Assembly: GCA_050287085.1 (NCBI GenBank)
Contig: JBNKBE010000030.1
Coordinates: 1 to 60,371, forward strand
DNA length: 60,371 nucleotides
Origin: Polyangiaceae bacterium
GTDB taxonomy: Bacteria; Myxococcota_A; Polyangia; Polyangiales; Polyangiaceae
Direction: 5' to 3'
The first letter of the stretch is position 1, and every line of letters begins with the position of its first letter. The translations under genes were made by a program, and so were the position numbers. This document shows, piece after piece, positions 1-9,053 of this stretch. Under the pieces are notes generated by a model. It had not been told where the DNA came from and ran no database searches. It saw only the letters and a program-made list of their open reading frames with translations.

Positions 1-810
1 ACGCAGATCGTCGTCCACGCCGAGGCGCACGGCTCAGGGTACGAAGGTCATCTCCTGCCGCCGATCATCGAGGCGACGCGGAGTGAGTTCGAGCAGGTCG
101 ATGGGGGAGACGTCTTCGCCAGCGCCAAGGTCACCGCTGACAGCGGCTTCCACAGCAAGACCGTGCTCGCCGACGTCGAAAAGACCGGCGCGGACGCCTA
201 CATCGCCGATCGCGACTACCGTCGCCGTGAACCTGCGTTTGCTTCCGCCGAGCGTCACAAGCAGCGCAACCGTAAAGATCGCGCGCTGAAGCGCCGACGC
301 GAGCGCGAAGCCCGAGAGCCCGCCGGGAAGCGCATCTTCACCCTGCAAGACTTCTCTTACGACGAGAGCCGCGCGCTGCTCGTCTGCCCTGCGGGTCACC
401 GCTGCTACAAGAGCGGTAGCCATATGCTCTTCATGGGTTACCGCGTGGCGCACTTCAAGGCGCCCAAGACCGCGTGCGGCTCATGCAAACTGCGAGCGCA
501 GTGCCTCCGCAACCCGGACAAGACACCGCAGCGCCAGATCACCATCATCAAGAGACGCGAGGGGCCGAAGCCGAGTCCGCGCGCCGCGCGGAACGGTCCG
601 AGCGAGCGGATGCGCTTCAAGTTCGACACGCCCTTTGGGCGCGAGCTGTACAGCAAGCGGATGGGCACCGTCGAACCTGTCTTCGCCAACCTCCAGAACA
701 AGGGCATGCGCCGGTTCACGCTGCGCGGGCAGCGCAAGGTGAACGCGCAGTGGCAGCTCTTCACCCTCGTGCACAACATCGAGAAGATCGCCGGAGGCTG
801 CCGCGCTTGA
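1..810 (+). CDS. IS1182-family DDE transposase, C-terminal part (5' end outside the window)
   Basis: Frame +1 is open from base 1 (TQIVVHAEAHG...VTADSGFHS). It contains CPAG, CxxCxLRAQC, YSKRMGTVEPVFANL and MRRFTLRGQRKVNAQW..LVHNI, the typical IS1182 C-terminal signature. Confidence 0.9.
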   Translation, partial: TQIVVHAEAHGSGYEGHLLPPIIEATRSEFEQVDGGDVFASAKVTADSGFHSKTVLADVEKTGADAYIADRDYRRREPAFASAERHKQRNRKDRALKRRREREAREPAGKRIFTLQDFSYDESRALLVCPAGHRCYKSGSHMLFMGYRVAHFKAPKTACGSCKLRAQCLRNPDKTPQRQITIIKRREGPKPSPRAARNGPSERMRFKFDTPFGRELYSKRMGTVEPVFANLQNKGMRRFTLRGQRKVNAQWQLFTLVHNIEKIAGGCRA

Positions 811-968
811 ACGATCTTGCCGGGTGAGAGCCTGAGGAGCCCAACAGGGGCGAGCTGACGGGAGATGGGGCTTTCACGCTCCTAGAGTGCAGCCAAGGTG
901 GAAAGTGGACAGCAACCACGCCGACAGGGGTTGCGCTGGTATCGGCGGTGGGTTTTTCTACATGCTCG
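1..968 (+). mobile_element. Right part of an IS1182-family insertion sequence; right terminus about 951-968
   Basis: Transposase followed by GGTTTTTCTACATGCTCG, resembling IS1182-type terminal IRs. Histidine-kinase coding sequence resumes abruptly after it. The exact end is uncertain by a few bases. Confidence 0.7.
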
Positions 969-1930
969 TTCTCTCGCTCGGTGCTGACTCAGCAACGCAG
1001 AAGCTGATAGCGGAATGCAATTCCGTGTTGGAACAAGGTGCGGGGCTTACAAATCAGCTGCTCGACATGAGCTCCTTTCGCAATCGCCGCCCCACGACCC
1101 TTAGTTTGGAAGAGGCCTTGGAGCGCACTGCGAACGTTGCCAAGCGTCTGATGGCGCCGCGCATTCGGGTGGTGCTGACACTTGGTGAGGGATTGCAGCC
1201 CGTGCACCAGGTTCGCGGTGAACTGGAGCAGGTGCTACTGAATCTTGTTCTCAATGCGAAGCAGGCGATGCCGGACGGCGGTACCTTGGACATTCGGGCC
1301 CAGCTTCATCCTGAGCTCAGCGAGCATGCTCTTGTCGAGGTGGTTGATTCTGGGTACGGCATGCCGCCCGAAATATTGGAACGCGCTTTCGAGCCGTTCT
1401 TCACGACGCGCAGCGGCGGAGATGGCTCCGGATTGGGCTTGGCAACGGTGCGGCGACTCGTAGAAGCCTGGGGCGGCGGAGTGGAGCTCATCAGTGCCAC
1501 AGGCGAGGGCACGAGGTGCTTGCTCAGCGTACCGTTTTCCAACGCCATGGGGGAGGAACCCTCCCGCCCATTGCCCCACCCCTCGGGCTCAGAGTCCGTT
1601 CTACTGCTCGAGCCTGCGCTTCACGTGCGCACAGCACTCGACCGCTCTTTGTCGGCTCATGGCTATTCGGTTATCGCTTGCGCGGACGTAGCGGAGGCAA
1701 CGCGCGCGTTGAGCGCCGGCAAACGCGTAGACGTATTCGTTTGCACCGCGTCGGCGCTGAGCGAGAGTCAGCCATCGGTACTGGGACGTGTTCCGCGGGT
1801 TGAACTGTGCGGGACCTCTGTTGCGGCGCACGACTCGTCAGCGACGCGCCTGACGAAGCCATTTTCAGTGGCAGAGCTGCTGCGAGCGGTGCGCCGCACG
1901 CTGGACGACACGACTGTGCTTGCGGATTGA
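962..1930 (+). pseudogene. C-terminal part of a hybrid sensor histidine kinase (HATPase plus degenerate receiver), interrupted by the IS
   Basis: N-box LEQVLLNLVLNAKQAM, G1 DSGYGM, F-box FEPFFTT, G2 GSGLGLA. No H-box or sensor domain. The first ~25 aa of ORF 887 lie inside the IS. Confidence 0.75.
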
Positions 1931-1961
1931 GTACGCCTCTGGGCGCTAGCCGCCCGCGTGT

Positions 1962-2621
1962 TCACCCACGAATCAGCTTCAGCATCAGATCGGCATGTGA
2001 GCTGACGGAGAGCTTCTTGAAGATCGCCCGAAGGTGGTTGCGCACCGTGAATGGCGAGATGAAGAGCTGATTGGCAACCTCTTCGGTCTTCAGTCCGTCG
2101 ACCAATAGGGAAGCCACTTCGCGTTCCCGCGACGAAAGCTTGTCGAGGTGATGAAGCGCTTGGGTTCGGGCGTCGGAAGCCGGCGTGTCATCGAGCGCGC
2201 TGAGCGATTGCGCAACGCTTGCTAGCTGCGATGTGAGCAGCACACTTTGTCGATCCCTGGCCGCCGCGTCGATTCGCGTCAGAAGCGTCGGCACGTCGAA
2301 GGGCTTTGACAGATAGTCCGCTACCTTGGCGCGTAGGGCCTTGACCGCCGTGTCGAGGCTCGCGTGGCCCGTAATCAAGATAACAGCGACCTGTCGGTCC
2401 AAGACCAGCGGCGAGTTCAGCAACTGCAGCTCTTCGTTGCCGGGCATGTTGATGTCGCTGACGAGAACGTCGACAGGCCGTCTGCGCAGCACCTCGAGCG
2501 CTTCTGCCGCCGTGTCCGCTGTAAGTACCGGCAGACCCGAAGCCCGCAATGCTGAGGCCAAAGGCTCTCGCGCAAGCGGATCGTCGTCGGCTAATAGCAC
2601 GGTAGGTCTAGCAAGCAGCAT
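1962..2621 (-). CDS. Response regulator (receiver plus LuxR HTH)
   Basis: VLLADDD, VDVLVSDINMPG, LITGH and YLSKPF in the receiver; LSSREREV..GLKTEEVANQLFISPFTVRNH in the HTH. GGGGAG RBS precedes ATG 2621. Confidence 0.92.
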   Translation of the reverse strand: MLLARPTVLLADDDPLAREPLASALRASGLPVLTADTAAEALEVLRRRPVDVLVSDINMPGNEELQLLNSPLVLDRQVAVILITGHASLDTAVKALRAKVADYLSKPFDVPTLLTRIDAAARDRQSVLLTSQLASVAQSLSALDDTPASDARTQALHHLDKLSSREREVASLLVDGLKTEEVANQLFISPFTVRNHLRAIFKKLSVSSHADLMLKLIRG

Positions 2622-2726
2622 ATGTTCTCCCCATGTGCAGGTGACGCGAACTATCCCGAGGAACGTCCTTGGGTGCAAGGGCTTGGTACCTGGGCGCAAG
2701 TCGATGTGCCTGGTAGCCTGTTCTTA

Positions 2727-3416
2727 CTAGCCGCGAGTGTTCCCGTTGGGGCCGGTGTCTTCCGGAAAGGGCGGAGGAGAATTCAGGGCGTCCAATGACG
2801 GTCGCAGCTCAAAACGTTCCCGCGTCCGACAGTACGACAGGCCTCCCATGCGGCCGATGGTACCTAGTTGCTCTGGATCTAAATGGAATCGGTCGTTGAT
2901 CACATGATCGTCCACCCAGACACACACGACTTCACCTATTACTACATTGGGGCCGCGGGGGGCGGTGGGGTTCAGTCGCAAGACTTGCCGTGTCTTGCAC
3001 TCAAACGCGACGGGCGATTCAGCAAGCCGTGGAGGGCGAACGATGCGACACGCAGCGACGGTGAATCCGCAGGCGTCGATCTCGCTTTCATCTGGCGGCA
3101 GCGGCTCGCCGCTCGCCGCCATGGCACGCGCATACTTTTCGATCGAGAGGTTGACGACAAACTCCCCGGTGCCACCTTCGTCTTCGGGCAGGCAGTTGCG
3201 CAGCGTGTCCTTGTCGCCCGCGTCTAGTGAGGCTGGGCAGAACAGTAGACTCATCGGATCGCTTCCGACCCCGGTGAAGAAGCTGTAGGGAGCCAGATTG
3301 CTCACACCCTCTCGTGAACAGGTGGACACCAGCGCGATGGGGCGGGGTGTGATGGCGCCAATCAGCAGCTTGTAGCGGTCGGTGCGGGTCAGATCTGCGG
3401 GGTCGAAGGTTTTCAT
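2727..3416 (-). CDS. Flavin reductase family protein (DIM6/NTAB-like)
   Basis: YKLLIGAITPRPIALVST..NLAPYSFF, KDTLRN, ESPVAFEC, IGRMGG..Y. Confidence 0.88.
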   Translation of the reverse strand: MKTFDPADLTRTDRYKLLIGAITPRPIALVSTCSREGVSNLAPYSFFTGVGSDPMSLLFCPASLDAGDKDTLRNCLPEDEGGTGEFVVNLSIEKYARAMAASGEPLPPDESEIDACGFTVAACRIVRPPRLAESPVAFECKTRQVLRLNPTAPRGPNVVIGEVVCVWVDDHVINDRFHLDPEQLGTIGRMGGLSYCRTRERFELRPSLDALNSPPPFPEDTGPNGNTRG

Positions 3417-3692
3417 AGAAGAAGCCTTTGGCATGGACTCCAACAGCGCGTTCGGCGGGCGACGGGGAAGCAAGCTGCCCGCGGCCCGGCGCTGGGCGTG
3501 TCGTTGTCTAACGCGCGAAGCGGGCGCTGCACAGGGCCCATTTCGCGTCGTCGGGGCAGCGCCCTGAAGCGGCGGGATTCCGGGCAAATCGCCCCCCAAA
3601 CTGCGCCCGATTCGCAATAGGTATCCCCTGGCGCGTGGGCGGGAATCACCCTCAGGCTAGCGGCGGGCTAGCGCCTCGTCGTCCGCTCTCAG

Positions 3693-4286
3693 CTAGGGTC
3701 GCTTGCGACTCTGACTTTTTCGCAATTCATCACGCACCATCTCGAGCAGCGCGGCCACGCCAGCGTCAACAGTCTCGGTAAAGAGCTCGGCCGTGCGATG
3801 GTTCGTGCGCTCCGGTGCTGGGCGCAGCGGTCGTGGCGGCAGTGCTCGTCGCTCTAGCTCCCTCAGCTGGCGCCGCAGACGTCGCTCAGAGACGCGCGAC
3901 GACCACGCGAACCACACGTGCAAGAAGAGCGCGAGCCCCCACGCACCCATCGGAAACCTAAACCAAAGATACTGTGGTGTGGTGATCCAGTTTAGGTAGG
4001 CCAGTAGTAGATTAACTGCGCAGAAGACGGCCAAATGAGTGCGTATTCCCCGTCGTCGTTGGGCGATGATGGCGGCCTTCGCTTCTCCTTCACGCCGCTC
4101 GTGGTCGAGCTGGAGAATCGCACGCTCCAGCGCTTCTTCGCCGATGCCCACTTCTTTTGCGGCCGCAACCAGCTCCTCGTGACGGAGCGCGTCACCACTT
4201 GCCCGTTGTTCCAGGCGCAGAGCCCGCTCGAAGACACGTTTGGCCTCATCGTCGGTGTACAGGCGTGGCTCCGCTGGGCTGCTCAT
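3693..4286 (-). CDS. 2TM domain-containing membrane protein
   Basis: N-terminal ELVAAAKEVGI helix, then HLAVFCAVNLLL...WFRFPMGAWGLALFLH (2TM pattern). Confidence 0.75.
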   Translation of the reverse strand: MSSPAEPRLYTDDEAKRVFERALRLEQRASGDALRHEELVAAAKEVGIGEEALERAILQLDHERREGEAKAAIIAQRRRGIRTHLAVFCAVNLLLAYLNWITTPQYLWFRFPMGAWGLALFLHVWFAWSSRVSERRLRRQLRELERRALPPRPLRPAPERTNHRTAELFTETVDAGVAALLEMVRDELRKSQSRKRP

Positions 4287-4657
4287 GCGGCTATTCTAGC
4301 CGATCTAGCTGAGCTGATATTTCAACCGGGCTGCTATTCGAGTCGATCTGCGGTACTTGGCCGGATGGGGGCGTCCGAGAGACAATCCACCGCACAGGTG
4401 CATGCCCGGGACGGGGAGTCTGGATCTCCTTTTCCGACGTGCGTCGCGCGGCCCGCGGTTCAGCACCAGCTGGCGGGTTGGGTCGCCCCTCACGAGTTGC
4501 CGTTTGGTTCACAATCAGCGAGTCGACCGGAAGGTTGCCGAGGGCGCGGGCGGGGCACAGGAGGACTAGTGCTTGCGTGGATGCTCTGTTCCGGGTCGCT
4601 GGGGTACGGATACCTTGCCCCCGGCGCTTTCCCCGGGGCACTCTTCCGCGCCCCGTG

Positions 4658-5080
4658 ATGGAATCGTCTCCGCCGTCCAGGTTCGCTGAGATATCGCTCC
4701 GCTACTATCGAATCGAGCGGCGGGAGGACGGGATCGTTGTGGTTCGACGACTCACCGCTCCCTTTGACAGCGCCGAAGAATTGGAGCGGGAACGAGAGGG
4801 GATTCGTGTGGTATTGGACCGACAGGGACGCAAGCACACTCCGCTGCTCATCGATTCCAGGTGTGCTCCAACGCGAACAGACTTTGAGCTGAAAGAGCCG
4901 TTTCGGCGACTGCGCCGCGAAATCCAGCGCGGCTTTTCGCGCGTTGCGGTGCTGGTGGACTCCAAGCTGGGAGTGCTGCAAGCCACTCGAATCGCTCGTG
5001 AAGATGCCTTTCCTGAGCCGCTCCGGGTCTACGACAACGAGGAGCAGGCGCTCACTGCGTTGCTCGACGGTTTCCTGTAG
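4658..5080 (+). CDS. Small hypothetical protein, STAS/SpoIIAA-like fold possible
   Basis: LLIDSRCAP...FSRVAVLVDSKLGVLQATR..YDNEEQAL pattern; start reassigned to ATG 4658. Confidence 0.55.
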   Translation: MESSPPSRFAEISLRYYRIERREDGIVVVRRLTAPFDSAEELEREREGIRVVLDRQGRKHTPLLIDSRCAPTRTDFELKEPFRRLRREIQRGFSRVAVLVDSKLGVLQATRIAREDAFPEPLRVYDNEEQALTALLDGFL

Positions 5081-5148
5081 CTCGCTAAGAGCTGAAGCTT
5101 CCGTCGGCCTCATCGGCTAGAAATGCTGTGGCCGCGAGAGCTTGGAGC

Positions 5149-6453
5149 TCACGGGAGCTTGGAGATCGGAGTCTGCGGGACCGGCGTGAGCTCGGCTTGT
5201 GTGGCGACGGCACCTTCAGGCAGGGGCGGGAGCAGCGAGCTGGGGGTCGATGGGCCAACCCAGAGAACTTCGGGGACCGGGTAGTAGGTGCTCCGGTAGC
5301 GCCGGATCTCCTTTCGCTCGCCGCTGCGATAGCTGACGGTACTGAGGGTCTCGTAGCCGGGGCGGCCTTCCTGGTGGCGTTCGTAAGTGCCGGGCGGCAA
5401 CTCGTCTTTCTCCACCACGCGTCGCGTGAAGGCGTGTTTCTTGACCACGGCATAGCGATGGGAAGCCTCCTCCGGCGGGGAAGCACCCAGCAGCTCAACC
5501 CGGATCACGTGGGGCGACGGCAGGAACGCGCGCACGTAGAGCGCCTCCTGGAGGCTGTTCTTCACACGCAGGTCAACCTTGCCGTCGATCACCGTCGCGT
5601 CCAGGCCGAGGGGCGCGTATCCGCTGGGGCGACTGTGACTGCGTCGCTCCACGATTTTGAGTCCCCCTAGGACGGCTGCTGCGTGCAGCGTGGTGGCCAC
5701 CTGACACACGCCACCGCCGACGCCGCTTTCCATTTCGTCGTTGATGATGACGGGCGCGTCGATGAAACCGCGCTGGTGGGTCCTGCGCCCCACCGTGTGG
5801 TTGAAGCTCAATACTTCACCGGGGGACAAGACGCTGCCGTCGAGGTAGGCGGCGGCGCGACGAATGTTGTGAATACGCGGTCCACGCTTGTGCGAGAAGT
5901 CCGTTTCGTAGCTGGCTAGGACCTGGCTGACTTCGACCGGCGGAAAGAGGGCGTCGGACCGTTGTGGCGCGAGCGTCAGCTCGCTGAGCCGGACGATCAT
6001 GTCATCTTCAGGGGTCTTGGACGCCAACGTGGTGAGGCTTGCCTCGATGTTCAGCGCTCGCCCGGCCCTTGCTGCCTGACGCGTATGATGTCGAGGCGCG
6101 AACTCGGCGTCGCGAGGGGCTTCGTAAAATAGGGGCGCCAGTTGCTCGAGCGCGCGTCGCGCTCGGACTTCGTTGTAACGCCAGTACGGGCGCGCCGGGG
6201 TCGTCGAGGTTTGGGTGCCGGGCAGCACCAAGTCGAACCCCAACTCGTGGAGCGACACGGCCACATGCCGGTCGTTTGTGCTGAGCAGGGCCTGGCTGCG
6301 TTCAAATTGTCGTACGACCGTGCGTACCCCTAGCTGTCCTTCGCCTACCGGCGCGCTCTTCGCGGTGAGCTCGCCGAGCGCAAGGGCCCCCGCGCCGAGC
6401 GCGCCCGCAAGGGCGAGGGCAGCGCACCAGGGCAGCCAGCGGCGTGTGGTCAC
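5149..6453 (-). CDS. VanW family protein
   Basis: N-terminal signal/TM; HNIRRAA, PGEVLSFNHTVG, GGGVCQVATTLHAA, RRSHS..YAPLGLDAT. Confidence 0.9.
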   Translation of the reverse strand: MTTRRWLPWCAALALAGALGAGALALGELTAKSAPVGEGQLGVRTVVRQFERSQALLSTNDRHVAVSLHELGFDLVLPGTQTSTTPARPYWRYNEVRARRALEQLAPLFYEAPRDAEFAPRHHTRQAARAGRALNIEASLTTLASKTPEDDMIVRLSELTLAPQRSDALFPPVEVSQVLASYETDFSHKRGPRIHNIRRAAAYLDGSVLSPGEVLSFNHTVGRRTHQRGFIDAPVIINDEMESGVGGGVCQVATTLHAAAVLGGLKIVERRSHSRPSGYAPLGLDATVIDGKVDLRVKNSLQEALYVRAFLPSPHVIRVELLGASPPEEASHRYAVVKKHAFTRRVVEKDELPPGTYERHQEGRPGYETLSTVSYRSGERKEIRRYRSTYYPVPEVLWVGPSTPSSLLPPLPEGAVATQAELTPVPQTPISKLP

Positions 6454-6461
6454 GGTCAGCC

Positions 6462-6875
6462 CTAATGCTTGCGCGGCGGAGGTATTGGGACCAGCGCCTC
6501 GCTCAAGAGCTGTACTGCGTCGTTGCTCGACGCGCTCACGATGGCGTTGAAGGCTCCTTCTTCGAGCCCAAGCTTTTCACCCAGCTCGCGGAGAAGTGCA
6601 ACCTCGCTCGGGCTCTCTTCACCGTCTGCGCGACAGAGTATAGCGGCGTTGGTAACAAGTACCTCGCGCTGTTCCGAGGTTAACGACTGGGCTTCAATGT
6701 CGTCCAGTGTGCGCGGCGTCTCGGCATAGCTCTTGAGCTGTGCCTTTTCCTCCGGGGTTGCTTCCAAGGCGGTCAACATCGTGTCGACGACGTCTTCTTC
6801 CTCGGGGGTCACACGGCCGTCGGCCCACGCGAAAGCAATCAGCGCTTTGACGATCGTTGTTTTCTCGGGCGTCAT
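6462..6875 (-). CDS. TerB-like tellurite resistance family protein
   Basis: AFAWADGRVTPEE and CRADGEESPSE, the duplicated TerB motif. Confidence 0.8.
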   Translation of the reverse strand: MTPEKTTIVKALIAFAWADGRVTPEEEDVVDTMLTALEATPEEKAQLKSYAETPRTLDDIEAQSLTSEQREVLVTNAAILCRADGEESPSEVALLRELGEKLGLEEGAFNAIVSASSNDAVQLLSEALVPIPPPRKH

Positions 6876-6954
6876 GGCCGGAGCATAATGTAAAGCGCAA
6901 CGCGAAACAATGGCGACTCCACGACGCGCATCGCGGCGCCGCCGCATGCGTGCT

Positions 6955-8241
6955 TCAAGGGGGGGAGCAGGTGGCGAGGGAGCGGTAGAGCTTGTGCGTT
7001 CCGGACCTATCCGAGGCGAAGAAGAGCTCGGCCCCATCCTGAGATAGATGCGGGTCCGTATCGTTGCTGGCGGAGTTGACCTTCAACAGGGCGACGGGCA
7101 AACCAAAGTCAGCGTCTTGACTCGGGCGGGTAGCCACCCACAGGTCGGCTTCGCCACTGTTGGGTGTGCGCGTGCTGCTGAAGTAGAGAGCCAGCCGATT
7201 CTCACTCGCCGCCGGTGCGCTGTCTGCATCCTGGCTGTTGACGGCCGCAACTTTGGTGGGGGGCGAGTAGGTGTCGCCATCGCGTTCGGACTCCCACAGG
7301 TCCGCATTGCCGCCCCGGTTGGAGGTGAAGACGAGCCAGCTGTTATCCGAGGCAACCCAGGGTGCGGAGTCTTCGCCCATGCCGTTGAGCGCGTCCAGCT
7401 CGAGCGCATCGACGAACTCGCCCGCCTCGTCGTCCCAAGTAGCGACGTAGAGATCGCCCCAGCGAAATGGGAGCGTCGCGGTGTAGAACAAGGCGCTCCC
7501 ATCAGGCATCAGGTAGGGTGATCTCACGTCGCCTTCGTTCAGTTCCCAGACCGGCTCGGCGTCGTGAAATGCAGCGTCGCGCGTTTCGCGTTGCGCGCGC
7601 CAGATGGAGTTGTTTGCGATGTCTTCGCGGGCAAAGTACAGCACCTTGAAGTCGTCGCTGAGTGAAGGGCTCCGCAACGCGCCCGTGACTCCATCCACGC
7701 TAACGAGCGACGGCGTTCCGAACTCAGCCGGGCGACAGTGGGTGGGGCCCGGAGCGGGGAGTAAAGCTGGCGGCGTCGAAGCGTCTGGCGGCCCCTCGCT
7801 GCCGCCGGCACCACTCATGCCGTCTTCGCTGCCGCCGGCGCCGCCCATGCCGTCCTTGCTGCCGCCGCCCATGCCGTCTTCGCTGCCGCCGTTTCCACCC
7901 ACCCCCGCGTTTTCCTCACCTGCGTCACGACCCCCCAGATCGGGCTCGGAGTGGGAGTCGCCCGCGCTCGGGTTGTCGTCGGTAGGGCTGCCTGTATGCT
8001 CGGCCGCGCGAAGCCGCGCCAGTTCGTCGGCGGTCACGCACACGTCTTCTGGCTCGTAGCAAACAAAGCCCTCCGCGCACGCTTGGTCGCTGGGGCGGCA
8101 ATGCTTGCCTGCGAGCAGGGTTTCTCGGGAAGTGCAGGCTGGCGCAAGGGCGAGCGCCACGGCAAAGGAGCACCCAATGGGCAGCGTGTGACGGTAGCTG
8201 GACACTAGCAAGCAGGCTAGCACCTGCGATGTGCGGAGCAC
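6955..8241 (-). CDS. Lipoprotein with Cys-rich N-terminus, Gly-rich linker and TolB/PD40-like beta-propeller
   Basis: Lipobox LAPAC; repeated PSLSDD..LYF, PWVASD..LVFTSNR and PHLSQDG..LFFASDR. Start uncertain. Confidence 0.78.
   Translation of the reverse strand: MLRTSQVLACLLVSSYRHTLPIGCSFAVALALAPACTSRETLLAGKHCRPSDQACAEGFVCYEPEDVCVTADELARLRAAEHTGSPTDDNPSAGDSHSEPDLGGRDAGEENAGVGGNGGSEDGMGGGSKDGMGGAGGSEDGMSGAGGSEGPPDASTPPALLPAPGPTHCRPAEFGTPSLVSVDGVTGALRSPSLSDDFKVLYFAREDIANNSIWRAQRETRDAAFHDAEPVWELNEGDVRSPYLMPDGSALFYTATLPFRWGDLYVATWDDEAGEFVDALELDALNGMGEDSAPWVASDNSWLVFTSNRGGNADLWESERDGDTYSPPTKVAAVNSQDADSAPAASENRLALYFSSTRTPNSGEADLWVATRPSQDADFGLPVALLKVNSASNDTDPHLSQDGAELFFASDRSGTHKLYRSLATCSPP
7796..7892 (-). 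repeat. Coding imperfect tandem repeat encoding GGS(E/K)DGM(G/S)G three times
   Basis: Repeated CATGCCGTC(T/C)T.GCTGCCGCC units. Confidence 0.75.
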
Positions 8242-8540
8242 GCGGGCTCTCCCGCTGCGGAGGGCGATGTGTTCCGTTCCTGGGCAAGTGCAGGGAGATT
8301 TTGCGGGCTGGCTGCTCTAGTCCGCGTTGGCGCTCTGTCGACTGACGCCACTGGGCCACGGACCGGGTGTGGCGCTGGTGGCATTGTGGGCATCGCGCGG
8401 CCCTCCGCACACAATCACCGAGCTTTGCTTGACGTTCATGTCCTACTACTCAAGGACGCTGGAGAGCGTCTTAGGCCGGCTGCGAGAAAGTGTGCCGCGT
8501 GTGAGCGAGTGCGCACTGTTGCCCAGGAAAGGTCCATTCT

Positions 8541-9026
8541 ATGAGTCTGTACGAATTCGAAGTGACGTCATTGCTCGGCGAGGAGCCCTACTCGCTCGAC
8601 CGCTACCGCGGCAAGGTCTTGCTGATCGTCAACACGGCGTCCAAGTGTGGCTTCACGCCTCAGTTCGAGGGGCTCGAGCGCTTGTACGCAGACTTCAAGG
8701 AGCGCGGCCTGGTGGTCTTGGGGTTTCCCTGCAATCAGTTCATGAATCAGGAGCCGGGGGCTTCGGATGAAATCGCCTCATTTTGCCAGAAGAACTATGG
8801 TGTGAGCTTTCCGATGCACACCAAGATCGAGGTCAACGGCGCCCAGGCGCATCCGCTCTATGAGCACCTGAAGAAGGCGGCACCCGGGTTGCTTGGCAGC
8901 GAAGCCATCAAGTGGAACTTCACGAAGTTTCTTGTCGGCAAGGACGGCAAGGTTGTCACGCGTTATGCGCCCAAGACCGAGCCGGCTGCGCTCGCCGCAG
9001 ATATCGAAGCCGAGCTGGCCCGCTAG
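8541..9026 (+). CDS. gpx: Glutathione peroxidase (Cys type)
   Basis: VNTASKCGFTPQ, GFPCNQF, IKWNFTKFL; AGGA RBS. Confidence 0.96.
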   Translation: MSLYEFEVTSLLGEEPYSLDRYRGKVLLIVNTASKCGFTPQFEGLERLYADFKERGLVVLGFPCNQFMNQEPGASDEIASFCQKNYGVSFPMHTKIEVNGAQAHPLYEHLKKAAPGLLGSEAIKWNFTKFLVGKDGKVVTRYAPKTEPAALAADIEAELAR

Positions 9027-9053
9027 CGCTCGCGTGGGGTCAGCTGAGTGTTC

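Noticed and set aside
4287..4657. Possible riboswitch or ncRNA in a 370-bp divergent intergenic region
   Set aside because: Only generic GC-rich hairpins; no recognisable aptamer or tRNA motif by eye.
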